Shown piece by piece: positions 42,474 to 50,278 of a DNA stretch of 50,278 nucleotides (position 1 is the first letter of the stretch; each line of letters opens with the position of its first letter). The notes beneath the pieces were generated by a model. The model was not told the DNA's origin. It saw nothing but the letters and a program-made list of their open reading frames with translations, and ran no database searches. The translations under genes were made by a program, and so were the position numbers. Origin of the DNA: a virus (Duplodnaviria; Heunggongvirae; Uroviricota; Caudoviricetes); the IMG/VR virus record IMGVR_UViG_2595698871_000001, positions 173,443 through 223,720 of that record. One strand, 5' to 3'.

Positions 42474-42530
42474 GGGGCGTTCTCCAAGGGCGCGGGATGC
42501 GCCCGACCCGTGCAATCTGACAGCCAATTC

Positions 42531-42545
42531 TTAACAAAAGGTTAC
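42531..42545 (-). promoter_or_regulatory. CtrA box promoter (leftward)
   Basis: Minus strand GTAA-ccttttg-TTAA-G. Confidence 0.75.
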
Positions 42546-42564
42546 CGTGAGATTTTTCTTGCCG

Positions 42565-42596
42565 TTTACTTTTTGTTAAGAATTGGGGTCTAGTGT
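42565..42596 (+). promoter_or_regulatory. CtrA box promoter
   Basis: TTTA-ctttttg-TTAA 42565-42579, then CTAGTGT. Confidence 0.8.
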
Positions 42597-42646
42597 CCCT
42601 CTTGTCGGGGCCACCCCCGGCGCTCTTTGACATTGTGAGGCAACCC

Positions 42647-42835
42647 ATGATTCCCCAAGAAATCCTGAATCCGCGCGAGCACTGGACTCCCGTCGCCTCG
42701 CGCGAGGAAGCCGACAAGATCGCCGCGCGCTGCACCGAAGGCGACCCCGTCGGCCGCTACTATGTCGAGTCCAAGGGCGCCGGCTACGCTGTCGCCTATG
42801 ACGACGAGACGGGCCAATTCGTCGCCTACCTCTAA
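42647..42835 (+). CDS. hypothetical protein
   Basis: GAGG SD then ATG 42647. Confidence 0.7.
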   Translation: MIPQEILNPREHWTPVASREEADKIAARCTEGDPVGRYYVESKGAGYAVAYDDETGQFVAYL

Positions 42836-42890
42836 CCCCGCGCCCCGGCCTCGCGCCGGGGCGCTCCGCCCCTCTTTCGGAGCCTTCCCC

Positions 42891-43283
42891 ATGCCCAGAA
42901 ATTCCGGCCTCTTGCGCCTTATGGCCACCCATGCCGCCCCCGTCATCAAGGCTTATCACGACGATTTCGCCGTGCATGACGCCAAGGTCATTGACGGACT
43001 GGAGGCGGGCGACGTGATCTTGTGGGCGCCCGACCCGTGCGGCTCGACTCTCATCGTCATGGCCCGCGCCGGGCGCCCTAATCACCGCGCCGCCGAACAC
43101 TTCGAAGCCGCCCAGAGCGCCCGCAAGCCGCCCGCGTGGTTCGTCGCTTCGGTCTATGACAACGGGGAGGCGGGCGGCTGGAATTTCGCCCCCGCCCCGG
43201 ACGCGCCGGCCATTGTCGCGCGCTTCGCCGAACAAGCCGCCCGCGACCCCGCGCCCGACCCGGTGCGCGAGCTACACCTTTAA
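42891..43283 (+). CDS. hypothetical protein
   Basis: GGAG SD; TAA stop is part of the next CtrA box. Confidence 0.7.
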   Translation: MPRNSGLLRLMATHAAPVIKAYHDDFAVHDAKVIDGLEAGDVILWAPDPCGSTLIVMARAGRPNHRAAEHFEAAQSARKPPAWFVASVYDNGEAGGWNFAPAPDAPAIVARFAEQAARDPAPDPVRELHL

Positions 43284-43310
43284 CCTTTTGTTAAGACATG
43301 GCCTCTATAC
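43280..43310 (+). promoter_or_regulatory. CtrA box promoter
   Basis: TTAA-ccttttg-TTAA 43280-43294, then CTATAC. Confidence 0.85.
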
Positions 43311-43344
43311 CGGGGCCATGTCCAACCCCTGGAGGCCCTGCCCC

Positions 43345-43884
43345 ATGTCCGCTATCGAAACCGCCAACCTCTCGCGCGGCCGTGTTCTCACGGTCGAAAT
43401 CGACGACTGCGCCCAAGAGCCCTACGCGGGCGACAAGGGCGTGCGAATCGTCGTCCTGCATCGCCATTGGACGAACCCCGCCGCCGGCCTGCTGGACTCG
43501 GTCGCGGACGTTCAAGCCTTCGAGGCGGAGAACGCCGCGCCCGACTCCGAATGGGCGATCTTTGAGCTATGGGTGATGGACCATAGCGGCCGGACCTTCA
43601 AGGCCGGCGCGCTGGGCGCCGGAAACCCGTTCGGCGCCGGACCCTACGCCCAATGGGATAGCGGCCGGGTCGGAGTCATCGCCCTGGCGCGCGCCGAGTG
43701 GCCCGCCGCCGACCTCAAGACCGCCCAAGGCGTCGCCGACACCTACGGCGCATGGGCCGAAGGCGAGGTTTACCAATTCGTCATTTCGAACCGCCGGGGC
43801 GACGTGCTCGACTCGTGCGGCGGGTTCTACAGCGTCGCCGAAGCCCTGGCCGCCGGCCGCGACGCCGCCAAGGTGAAAGCGTGA
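43345..43884 (+). CDS. conserved phage protein of unknown function
   Basis: DHSG...WDSG.VG.I...GEVY.F...DSCGGFY motif. Confidence 0.75.
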   Translation: MSAIETANLSRGRVLTVEIDDCAQEPYAGDKGVRIVVLHRHWTNPAAGLLDSVADVQAFEAENAAPDSEWAIFELWVMDHSGRTFKAGALGAGNPFGAGPYAQWDSGRVGVIALARAEWPAADLKTAQGVADTYGAWAEGEVYQFVISNRRGDVLDSCGGFYSVAEALAAGRDAAKVKA

Positions 43885-44075
43885 GAGTCGCCCGCGAAAG
43901 CTTCGCCGTGTTCTGGACCCGCCCCGGCTGGCGCGTCCAGTTTCACGCCGACATGAAACGGGCGCTGTACCCGACCGCCAAGGCCGCCGCCGACGCCTTC
44001 GCCGCCATGTTCCCGGCTGATCAGGTCAAGAGCGTGCGCGACGGCTCCGGCCGCTTCCTGGCCTTCAAGCGCTAG
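43881..44075 (+). CDS. hypothetical protein
   Basis: GTGA overlap. Confidence 0.6.
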   Translation: MRVARESFAVFWTRPGWRVQFHADMKRALYPTAKAAADAFAAMFPADQVKSVRDGSGRFLAFKR

Positions 44076-44080
44076 ACCAG

Positions 44081-44117
44081 ACGCCCCGGAAAACTTTTCC
44101 GGGGCGTTTACTTTTTG
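44081..44117 (+). terminator. intrinsic terminator overlapping next CtrA box
   Basis: ACGCCCCGGAA / TTCCGGGGCGT stem then TTACTTTTT. Confidence 0.75.
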
Positions 44118-44138
44118 TTAAGGAATGGCGTCTAGTGT
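44107..44138 (+). promoter_or_regulatory. CtrA box promoter
   Basis: TTTA-ctttttg-TTAA 44107-44121, then CTAGTGT. Confidence 0.8.
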
Positions 44139-44183
44139 CCCTCTTGCCGCCGGGCAATCCCGCCCGGCCTTGGAGTTCTTCCC

Positions 44184-44702
44184 ATGCCGGAATTTGTCCT
44201 AGATACGTCGGGCCAAGTCGCCCCGCCCGCCGCCGCCAAGCTTTGGCCGCACCCCCTGGCCTGGAATCAGTTGAGCGATTTTGCTCAAGGCTACATCGAG
44301 GCCCTGTTTTTCACCGAGTCGTCGCCGGCCTATGACCGCGCCGAATGGTTCGGCGCCGAGTGTCAAGAGGCCCTGACCGAAGGCACGGCGGACGGCAACA
44401 TTCCGGGCGATGTCGGGTTTTCCGACCTCGCGCCCGACACCCTCAACCGCATCTTGAACGACTGCGCCAACTTCAAGCGCGAGCACGCCGACACCCTGGC
44501 CAAGGCCTATGACCACGGCGGCGCGGCGGGCGACTATGACGAAACCCAAGCCGGCCGCGATTACTGGTACACCCGCAACGGCCATGGCGTCGGGTTTTGG
44601 GATCGCGGACTCGGCGAGATCGGCGAGGCCCTGAGCAAGGCCGCCCGCTACAGCGAGCAAAACGCCTCTTTCGAAGAGGACGGAAAAGTCTACCTGTTTT
44701 AA
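44184..44702 (+). CDS. conserved phage protein of unknown function
   Basis: GYIEALFFTE...QAGRDYWYTRNGHGVGFWDR motif. Confidence 0.75.
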   Translation: MPEFVLDTSGQVAPPAAAKLWPHPLAWNQLSDFAQGYIEALFFTESSPAYDRAEWFGAECQEALTEGTADGNIPGDVGFSDLAPDTLNRILNDCANFKREHADTLAKAYDHGGAAGDYDETQAGRDYWYTRNGHGVGFWDRGLGEIGEALSKAARYSEQNASFEEDGKVYLF

Positions 44703-44730
44703 CCTTTTGTTAAGACTTGGCCTCTAGGGT
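44699..44730 (+). promoter_or_regulatory. CtrA box promoter
   Basis: TTAA-ccttttg-TTAA 44699-44713, then CTAGGGT. Confidence 0.85.
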
Positions 44731-44794
44731 CGAGTTGTCCCGGCGCCGGGGCTGGAAACCCCGGCGCGTCCATTCCGTGAAAGGAATCCATACC

Positions 44795-45541
44795 GTGTCT
44801 TTTGGTCAATTCTCCGCCGACGCCCGCGCCCCGCTGTCGAAAGCCGCCATGCTGGACGCCCTGCCCGCCGCCCGCCGCGACACTCTGGTCAAGGCCAGCA
44901 AGCCGGCGCGAAACACCCTCGATTACACGACGTCGGACGGCGTGCGCCGCGTGCGCCTGCATGACACCGACGTTCTGACCTTCCATGTCAACGGCGCCGT
45001 CGAGATCAACACGGGCGGCTGGAATACCCTGACCACGCGCGACCGCATCAACGCCTTCGCCCCGCCTCACGTGCGCGTCTACAGCGACAAGGGCCGCGCC
45101 ATGGTCCGCGCCATGCCGGCCGGTAGCGAGGCCGTCACGTGGTCCAGCCCCGCCGCGTCCAAGCCGTTCGCCAAGCGCGCCACCGTCCACCCGGACGGCC
45201 GAATCGAAGTGGACGCCACCGTCAAGGAACTGGAGGCGATTCCTGCCCTCATCCGCCGCTATCTGGAGGCCTTCAAGGCCGGATTCCCGTTCAACTCGTC
45301 GGGCGACCCCTGGATGACGCCCGGCGCCCTCGTCGCCCCTGAAACGGCCCTGGATTGGCTGGGCGCCGACAGCGGCAAGCCGTACCTGTTCGACTCGATC
45401 CTGTTTCACGCCCATGTTGCGGCCGGCCTGACCGAAGAGGGCGCGGCCTATTACATGCGCGACGCCGCCCGGCGCGGGATCGACAAATTCAACCTTGGCC
45501 GCATCCGGCGCTATCTCAAGCGTTGCCTTCGCGAAGCCTAG
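44795..45541 (+). CDS. hypothetical protein with conserved phage domain
   Basis: AAGGA SD then GTG; VRLHDTDV...INTGGW.T.TT.DRIN. Confidence 0.7.
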   Translation: MSFGQFSADARAPLSKAAMLDALPAARRDTLVKASKPARNTLDYTTSDGVRRVRLHDTDVLTFHVNGAVEINTGGWNTLTTRDRINAFAPPHVRVYSDKGRAMVRAMPAGSEAVTWSSPAASKPFAKRATVHPDGRIEVDATVKELEAIPALIRRYLEAFKAGFPFNSSGDPWMTPGALVAPETALDWLGADSGKPYLFDSILFHAHVAAGLTEEGAAYYMRDAARRGIDKFNLGRIRRYLKRCLREA

Positions 45542-45549
45542 GACCCTCC

Positions 45550-45582
45550 GGCCGCGCCTCCCCTGGCGCGGCCTTTCTTTTT
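45550..45582 (+). terminator. intrinsic terminator
   Basis: GGCCGCGCC / GGCGCGGCC stem plus TTTCTTTTT. Confidence 0.8.
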
Positions 45583-45593
45583 CCGTGTACGCG

Positions 45594-45626
45594 TTAACCT
45601 GTTGTTAAGACTTTATCCGCTAGTGT
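45594..45626 (+). promoter_or_regulatory. CtrA box promoter
   Basis: TTAA-cctgttg-TTAA 45594-45608, then GCTAGTGT. Confidence 0.85.
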
Positions 45627-45671
45627 CCCTTTGCCGGCGCACTTCCGCGCCCTCACCTGGAGATTTTCCCC

Positions 45672-46292
45672 ATGGCCCGCCTGATCAAAGCCAAGACCGC
45701 CGCCGAACAAGCCGAAGCCCTCGCCAGCCTGCGCAAGATGATCAAGCCGGGCGACACGGTTTATCCCGTGCTCCGCCACGTCTCGACCTCCGGCATGTTG
45801 CGGGTCATTGACCTGATTATCCCGGTCACCGTCACCCAAACCGACACCTTGCCGGCCGATGCGCGCGGCTTCAAGATCGGCGTTCAAGCCTATGCGACCC
45901 CGCCGGAGCGCAACGCCCCCCGCGCCTTCTCGACCGGAACCGTAACGGGTTTCGACGCCGACACCGTGACCATTGCCTATCAGGCCACCGCCGACGGCCG
46001 GGGCGACGCGGAGTCGGTGACGTGGCCCCGTGGTCAGGTCAAGTTCTACCGCAAGAGCACGCGCCCCGGCGTCCGCTCGATCGGCTGGCTTGCCGCGAAG
46101 GCCATGGGCGACACCTTCGACGCCGACCGCCAAGGAATCAAGGTCGGCGGGTGCGGTATGGATATGGGCTTTCACCTCGTTTACAGCCTGGGCCGCACCC
46201 TGTGGCCGAACGGGACGAAAAAGCCCCATGGCTCGCGCAATGGCGAGCCGGACCGTGACGGCGGTTATGCGCTGAAACATTCCTGGCTTTAA
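45672..46292 (+). CDS. conserved phage protein of unknown function
   Basis: VLRHVS.SGM.R.I...GCGMDMGFHLVY.L motif; GGAG SD. Confidence 0.75.
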   Translation: MARLIKAKTAAEQAEALASLRKMIKPGDTVYPVLRHVSTSGMLRVIDLIIPVTVTQTDTLPADARGFKIGVQAYATPPERNAPRAFSTGTVTGFDADTVTIAYQATADGRGDAESVTWPRGQVKFYRKSTRPGVRSIGWLAAKAMGDTFDADRQGIKVGGCGMDMGFHLVYSLGRTLWPNGTKKPHGSRNGEPDRDGGYALKHSWL

Positions 46293-46321
46293 CTTTTTGT
46301 TAAGAGTTTAGCCGCTAATGT
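46289..46321 (+). promoter_or_regulatory. CtrA box promoter
   Basis: TTAA-ctttttg-TTAA 46289-46303, then GCTAATGT. Confidence 0.85.
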
Positions 46322-46369
46322 CTCCTTGCGGCCGGGCAATCCCGCCCGGCCGCACTCGGAACCAAGCCC

Positions 46370-46642
46370 ATGACCCGCGCTCAAGCCCTCGCTGAAATGA
46401 ACGCCCTCCCCGGTATCATCGCCTCTTTCGAGCGCGAGACGGGCGAATATCGCGTCACCCTGCGCTTTGGCCCCCTGCCGGGCGGCCGGGGCGCTCAAGA
46501 GTGGATGCACAAGCGCCGCGAAGCCGTCGCCAGCTACAGCGACGACAAGGCCGACGCCCTGGCCACCGCCCGCGACATGTCGGCCCGCTGGGAAGCCATG
46601 ACGCCCGCGCAACGTGATCACCTGTACCGCCACCCCGCGTAA
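46370..46642 (+). CDS. hypothetical protein
   Basis: Lies between two CtrA cassettes. Confidence 0.7.
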   Translation: MTRAQALAEMNALPGIIASFERETGEYRVTLRFGPLPGGRGAQEWMHKRREAVASYSDDKADALATARDMSARWEAMTPAQRDHLYRHPA

Positions 46643-46671
46643 CCCTTCGTTAAGACCTCGCCGCCTAGAGT
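46639..46671 (+). promoter_or_regulatory. CtrA box promoter
   Basis: GTAA-cccttcg-TTAA 46639-46653, then CTAGAGT. Confidence 0.75.
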
Positions 46672-46706
46672 GGCGGGGTCATCAACCCCCGCAAGGATCG
46701 CCCGAC

Positions 46707-46985
46707 ATGCGCAAGCCCCTCACCCAAGAGCAAAAGGCCCGCCGCCGCGCCCAACGCCGCGCCGCCCGCCTCAACTGGAGCGACGAACGCCGCGCGGCCG
46801 AATACGCCCGCCAATCGCGCTTTTTCCTGATGATCGCCGAACGCGCCCAAGCGGCGGGCGACGCCAAGGAAGCCGCCCGCCTCGCCACCGTCGCCCAACG
46901 CAAGGTCACTAACTGGCGCATGGCGCAAGCCTGCGCTCGCATCAACGCCCTTTCCGTCCACGCCTGGGCCGCTGTCGCGGCCTAA
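46707..46985 (+). CDS. basic Arg/Ala-rich helical protein
   Basis: AAGGA SD; MRKPLTQEQKARRRAQRR. Confidence 0.65.
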   Translation: MRKPLTQEQKARRRAQRRAARLNWSDERRAAEYARQSRFFLMIAERAQAAGDAKEAARLATVAQRKVTNWRMAQACARINALSVHAWAAVAA

Positions 46986-47018
46986 GCCGCCGCGCCCGAA
47001 CCGAAGGAACCCCGCCCC

Positions 47019-47342
47019 ATGCCCCCGATGACTCACCCTCACGCCCTGGCCTTGATCGCGCTCGCGGAAAAGGTCCTGCCCCTGACCCGGCTGGACCCGC
47101 TGAATCAGCGCGCCGCCGCTGTCGACCTGATCGGCGATCTTTACAGCCTCGCCGACTCCATCGACGCCACCGCCGGCCATCTGGTCGCCGCTGTCAACGG
47201 CGCCTTGCGTGACGGCTGCGAGGGCTACGCGCCCAAGAGCCGCGCCGCCGCCGCTGTCGCCACCGTCCGCGCCGACGAACTGCGCTCCGCCCTGGAAGCG
47301 TACACCGAAGCCGCCGCCCTGGCCCTGCCGAAGGTCGCCTAA
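47019..47342 (+). CDS. hypothetical protein
   Basis: AAGGA SD. Confidence 0.65.
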   Translation: MPPMTHPHALALIALAEKVLPLTRLDPLNQRAAAVDLIGDLYSLADSIDATAGHLVAAVNGALRDGCEGYAPKSRAAAAVATVRADELRSALEAYTEAAALALPKVA

Positions 47343-47343
47343 C

Positions 47344-47916
47344 ATGACCGTCACCCGCTACCGCCTCCCCGACATGACCGCTTACGGTAAGGGGCTTTCC
47401 GAAACGCTTTATGCGGCGTTCGAAGCCCTGAAAAATCCGCAAGCGCCCTACAAGCCGGGCGAACGCGCCCGCCTCATCGAGTCGCTGATCACCTACAGCG
47501 CCGGCGCCCATACGCCCAAGGCCCCCGACTCGGTCCTCGCAACCCTGCTTTGGGTTGTCGAAATGGCGCAAGAGCGCGCCACCGACTCCGACTTCAACAC
47601 GGCGCGCGAGGCGCTGGACGAACACGCCGCCTTAGGGTTCGTCACCGATTGGCTAGAAGCGCACGGCTTGGACGTGGCCCGCATCCGGGGCGCGGAACTC
47701 AGCGCCGAAGCCCGCGCCTCTCTGGTTGAGGAAGCCGACGCCGAACAAGCCAAGCTGGACGCCCTGGAAGCCGCCCAGACGGGCGAAACGCCCGCCGACG
47801 TGATCACCGAAGCCCTCGCCCCGTTCCTGGGCTCCACGGTCGCGGAAAACCACTCTGACGACGTGCTGGCGGCGCTGGACGCGGCCGGCTTCACCATCAC
47901 CCGAAAGGACGCCTGA
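47344..47916 (+). CDS. hypothetical protein
   Basis: ATG 1 nt after upstream TAA. Confidence 0.7.
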   Translation: MTVTRYRLPDMTAYGKGLSETLYAAFEALKNPQAPYKPGERARLIESLITYSAGAHTPKAPDSVLATLLWVVEMAQERATDSDFNTAREALDEHAALGFVTDWLEAHGLDVARIRGAELSAEARASLVEEADAEQAKLDALEAAQTGETPADVITEALAPFLGSTVAENHSDDVLAALDAAGFTITRKDA

Positions 47917-47918
47917 GC

Positions 47919-48638
47919 ATGACCGCCCCCGCCCTGACCCGCGCCGCCGCCCTGGAAGCCCTGGAAATCGCCCGCGCCAACCTCGCCGCCGGCCCCGCCC
48001 TGGCCAAGGCCGCCGACGGCGTGACGGATGTGTGTCACTTCGCCCTGACCCGCGCCGCCATGCTCAAGGCCGCCGACATGATCGCCGCCGCCGCCCCGGC
48101 GCTGGACCTGGGCGCCGTCTCGACGGCCGATCTAATCGCCGAACTCTACCGCCGCCCCGTCGCGCTTTGCGTGTTCGAAGCCGCCGACGTGCTCACCGAA
48201 GCGCCCGGCGCTTTCGACGACGCCGACGACGCGGGCCAATGGCTGGCGAGCAAGTCCAGCTATATCGGCGACGCGATGAGCGGCGCCGGCTGGGACTCGG
48301 TGCGCTATCACCTGACCGCCGACGGCCGGGCGACCGATGACGACGAGGAAGGCGAGGAAGCCGACGACGAGGGCGACGCCCTCCCCGTCGCCGTGACCTT
48401 GGAGCAAGGCGACGCCGTCCCCGTGGTCGGGCGCTTCGCCACCGTGTCGGAGGCTGAAACCTTCCTGGCGTCGCCGATCCGTGATCAAGCCGCCCTCACC
48501 GCCGGGCGCTACGGTATCGACGCGCCGCACGGCGTGGCCAGCGACGACGACGCCGTGACCCTGGCGCGCCGCCTGGGCTGGGCTGGCGTGGCGAACGCGG
48601 CCGAAGCCTTGCGCTTCCTGGCCAAAATCGAGCCTTAA
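47919..48638 (+). CDS. hypothetical acidic protein
   Basis: AAGGA SD; DDDEEGEEADDE tract. Confidence 0.7.
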   Translation: MTAPALTRAAALEALEIARANLAAGPALAKAADGVTDVCHFALTRAAMLKAADMIAAAAPALDLGAVSTADLIAELYRRPVALCVFEAADVLTEAPGAFDDADDAGQWLASKSSYIGDAMSGAGWDSVRYHLTADGRATDDDEEGEEADDEGDALPVAVTLEQGDAVPVVGRFATVSEAETFLASPIRDQAALTAGRYGIDAPHGVASDDDAVTLARRLGWAGVANAAEALRFLAKIEP

Positions 48639-48647
48639 GCCCGGCTA

Positions 48648-48673
48648 AGTCATCAAACCTATCGTCTATGACA
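48648..48673. promoter_or_regulatory. 26-bp palindromic site (copy 3, inverted)
   Basis: AGTCATC-aaacctatcgtc-TATGACA; 20/26 identical to reverse complement of copy 1. Confidence 0.5.
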
Positions 48674-48829
48674 TGTCACGGGCTGAATACTTGGCTCGTG
48701 ACGACTTCCCCTAGTAAAGCTCACGCCTGTTTTCGTGACATAGCGCAAGGAATTGAAATCGTTGGAAAAACTCCTAGAGGGTCACAAAGTTCTGGTTTGG
48801 CTGCTGCTTCTGGCTTGCCTCTGGCGCTT

Positions 48830-48862
48830 TTAACCCTTTGTTAAGACTTTACCCGCTAGGGT
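48830..48862 (+). promoter_or_regulatory. CtrA box promoter
   Basis: TTAA-ccctttg-TTAA 48830-48844, then GCTAGGGT. Confidence 0.85.
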
Positions 48863-48918
48863 GACTTTGCGGCCGGGCAATCCCGCCCCGCCGCCCTTCC
48901 TTCTCTGGAGCCGCTACC

Positions 48919-49359
48919 ATGCAAACCGCTTCCGTGATCCTCCCCGCCCAAACCCTGGCCGGCGCCGACCTTGGCCCCGTGCTGATGGTCTTCGCCCTGG
49001 AACTGTCGCAGCACTTCGGCGACGTCACCCAAGCCCCGACCGTCGAGCGCTGGACCGATGAGGCCACGGGCGCCGAGTTCGTCGCCGACTGTGTGGCGTT
49101 CACGGTGTCGGCGGACTGGACCGCCAAGGGCGGGCGCATGGCGCGCCGCCTGGAGAACATGGCCGCCCGCTACGCCGCCCCGTGCGAGGCCCCGGCCCTG
49201 ACCGTCCAGCACGCCGACGGCTCAACCGTCTACGTCGCCGCCCTGGAGGCGCTGGCGCGCCCTGCCCCGGTGCAAGGCCCCTCGCGCATCGCAGACCCGG
49301 CTTTCCTCCCTCGCCAGCGTGAGGACAAGGCCGCCCGCTTCGAACGCCTGACCGCCTAG
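48919..49359 (+). CDS. hypothetical protein
   Basis: GGAG SD. Confidence 0.7.
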   Translation: MQTASVILPAQTLAGADLGPVLMVFALELSQHFGDVTQAPTVERWTDEATGAEFVADCVAFTVSADWTAKGGRMARRLENMAARYAAPCEAPALTVQHADGSTVYVAALEALARPAPVQGPSRIADPAFLPRQREDKAARFERLTA

Positions 49360-49381
49360 GCCTTGGCCTAGCCTCTCCCCT

Positions 49382-49415
49382 AGCGCACCGCCTCGCAAGC
49401 GGTGCGCTTTTCTTT
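49382..49415 (+). terminator. intrinsic terminator
   Basis: AGCGCACCGC / GCGGTGCGCT stem plus TTTCTTT. Confidence 0.85.
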
Positions 49416-49420
49416 GCGTA

Positions 49421-49454
49421 TTAACTTGTTGTTAAGAGTTTAGCTGATAGTGTC
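49421..49454 (+). promoter_or_regulatory. CtrA box promoter
   Basis: TTAA-cttgttg-TTAA 49421-49435, then ATAGTGT. Confidence 0.85.
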
Positions 49455-49503
49455 CCCTTGTTGGCGACGCATCCCGCGCCGCTCCTCTCTTGGATCGCTC
49501 CAC

Positions 49504-49896
49504 ATGGCCCGCCCTTCTGACCTGCTCAACGTCAACGCCGCCCGCGTCCTGGCTTGCCTGGAAGCCCTGGCCGGCGTCGTTAAGACCGCCCCGGAAACCG
49601 ATCGCGCCGCCTTCTCCTACCTGCTGGACGCGGCCGAATTCGTCGCTTCCTGGCGCCGCAACCATACGGAAACCGATCGCCGTCGCGCCTACGGTGCAGC
49701 GTGCGCGGCGCAAGCCCTGGCCCTGACCAATGCCTATCAGCCCGCGACCATGCAAGGCGGGGCGGTGCGCCGCGCTCTGGGCGCCTATGCCGCCGCCCTT
49801 AAGCTGCTGCTGGACGGTGAGCCGGTGCAAGCCGTGCGCGCGGCCGAAGGCGCCGCCCAGAGCGTGCGCGGGCGCTTCGCTAACACCCGCATCTAG
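49504..49896 (+). CDS. hypothetical Ala-rich protein
   Basis: ATG 49504; weak SD. Confidence 0.65.
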   Translation: MARPSDLLNVNAARVLACLEALAGVVKTAPETDRAAFSYLLDAAEFVASWRRNHTETDRRRAYGAACAAQALALTNAYQPATMQGGAVRRALGAYAAALKLLLDGEPVQAVRAAEGAAQSVRGRFANTRI

Positions 49897-49928
49897 TAAC
49901 CTTCTGTTAAGACCCCCTGGCCTATAGT
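49896..49928 (+). promoter_or_regulatory. CtrA box promoter
   Basis: GTAA-ccttctg-TTAA 49896-49910, then CTATAGT. Confidence 0.75.
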
Positions 49929-49953
49929 CGGGGGGTCGCAAGGAGACACCCAC

Positions 49954-50145
49954 ATGACCCGCCCCGGCCCCGCCTCGCTCCTCTCGCCCGCCGCCACCTT
50001 CTCGGCGCATAACCTGACCCTTCCGGGCGCTCGCCCTATGCCCCTGCCCAAGGCGCAAGGCCTGACCCTTCGCCAGTGCGTCGCCCTGGGCGCTGGCCTT
50101 GGCGCTCTGGCCTATGTCGCGTTGCGCGCGCTGGGCGTGCTCTGA
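49954..50145 (+). CDS. small protein with C-terminal transmembrane helix
   Basis: AAGGAG SD; VALGAGLGALAYVALRALGVL. Confidence 0.6.
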   Translation: MTRPGPASLLSPAATFSAHNLTLPGARPMPLPKAQGLTLRQCVALGAGLGALAYVALRALGVL

Positions 50146-50174
50146 CCTGACCCCCGGCGCCCCCGGTCGCCTCG

Positions 50175-50226
50175 CGGTAGGGCTGTCCCATATTGAGACG
50201 GCCCTACCGGGGTAGTGTTTCTTTTT
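50175..50226 (+). terminator. long hairpin / probable terminator
   Basis: CGGTAGGGC(t)GTC...GAC(g)GCCCTACCG stem, T-rich run downstream. Confidence 0.55.
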
Positions 50227-50278
50227 GGGACGAGGGACCCAAAGGCCCCCTACGTTAACCATTTTTGGCGGCGCCCCC

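Noticed and set aside
1-50278. tRNA, rRNA, integrase or transposase genes
   Set aside because: No cloverleaf with T-loop/CCA and no recombinase or DDE transposase motifs recognised by eye; tRNAscan-SE and HMM searches would confirm

Overview
This is a GC-rich region of a large Caulobacter-type (alphaproteobacterial) phage, most consistent with a phiCbK-like virus. That assignment is inferred from gene content, a TerL intein and CtrA boxes; no search was run. About 105 densely packed genes are present, all on the + strand except one. (1) 1-32.7 kb holds small accessory genes driven by ten repeated sigma70-type promoters. These share a bipartite operator found in two mirror-image positions and an invariant 5' leader. 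The zone encodes a metallophosphoesterase, an HNH nuclease, a Tat-signal protein, a 677-aa/138-aa gene pair and a tandem array of divergent paralogues at 27.2-32.3 kb. (2) 32.8-34.4 kb holds a double winged-helix-like gene, an AT-rich island and direct repeats (candidate origin). (3) 34.5-40.7 kb is the packaging operon: RuvC-like resolvase, TerS, and TerL with a 341-aa Pro1 intein in the Walker A motif. (4) 40.7-50.3 kb is a probable long terminal repeat. It contains several repeat and palindrome arrays (GGGGACCC every 24 bp, CGTTTTGACGTC repeats, 15 TTAA half-sites with a 25-bp inverted repeat) and eleven CtrA-box (TTAA-N7-TTAA) promoter cassettes. I found no tRNA, rRNA, CRISPR array or integrase. 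Family names are from motif recognition only and need HMM confirmation.
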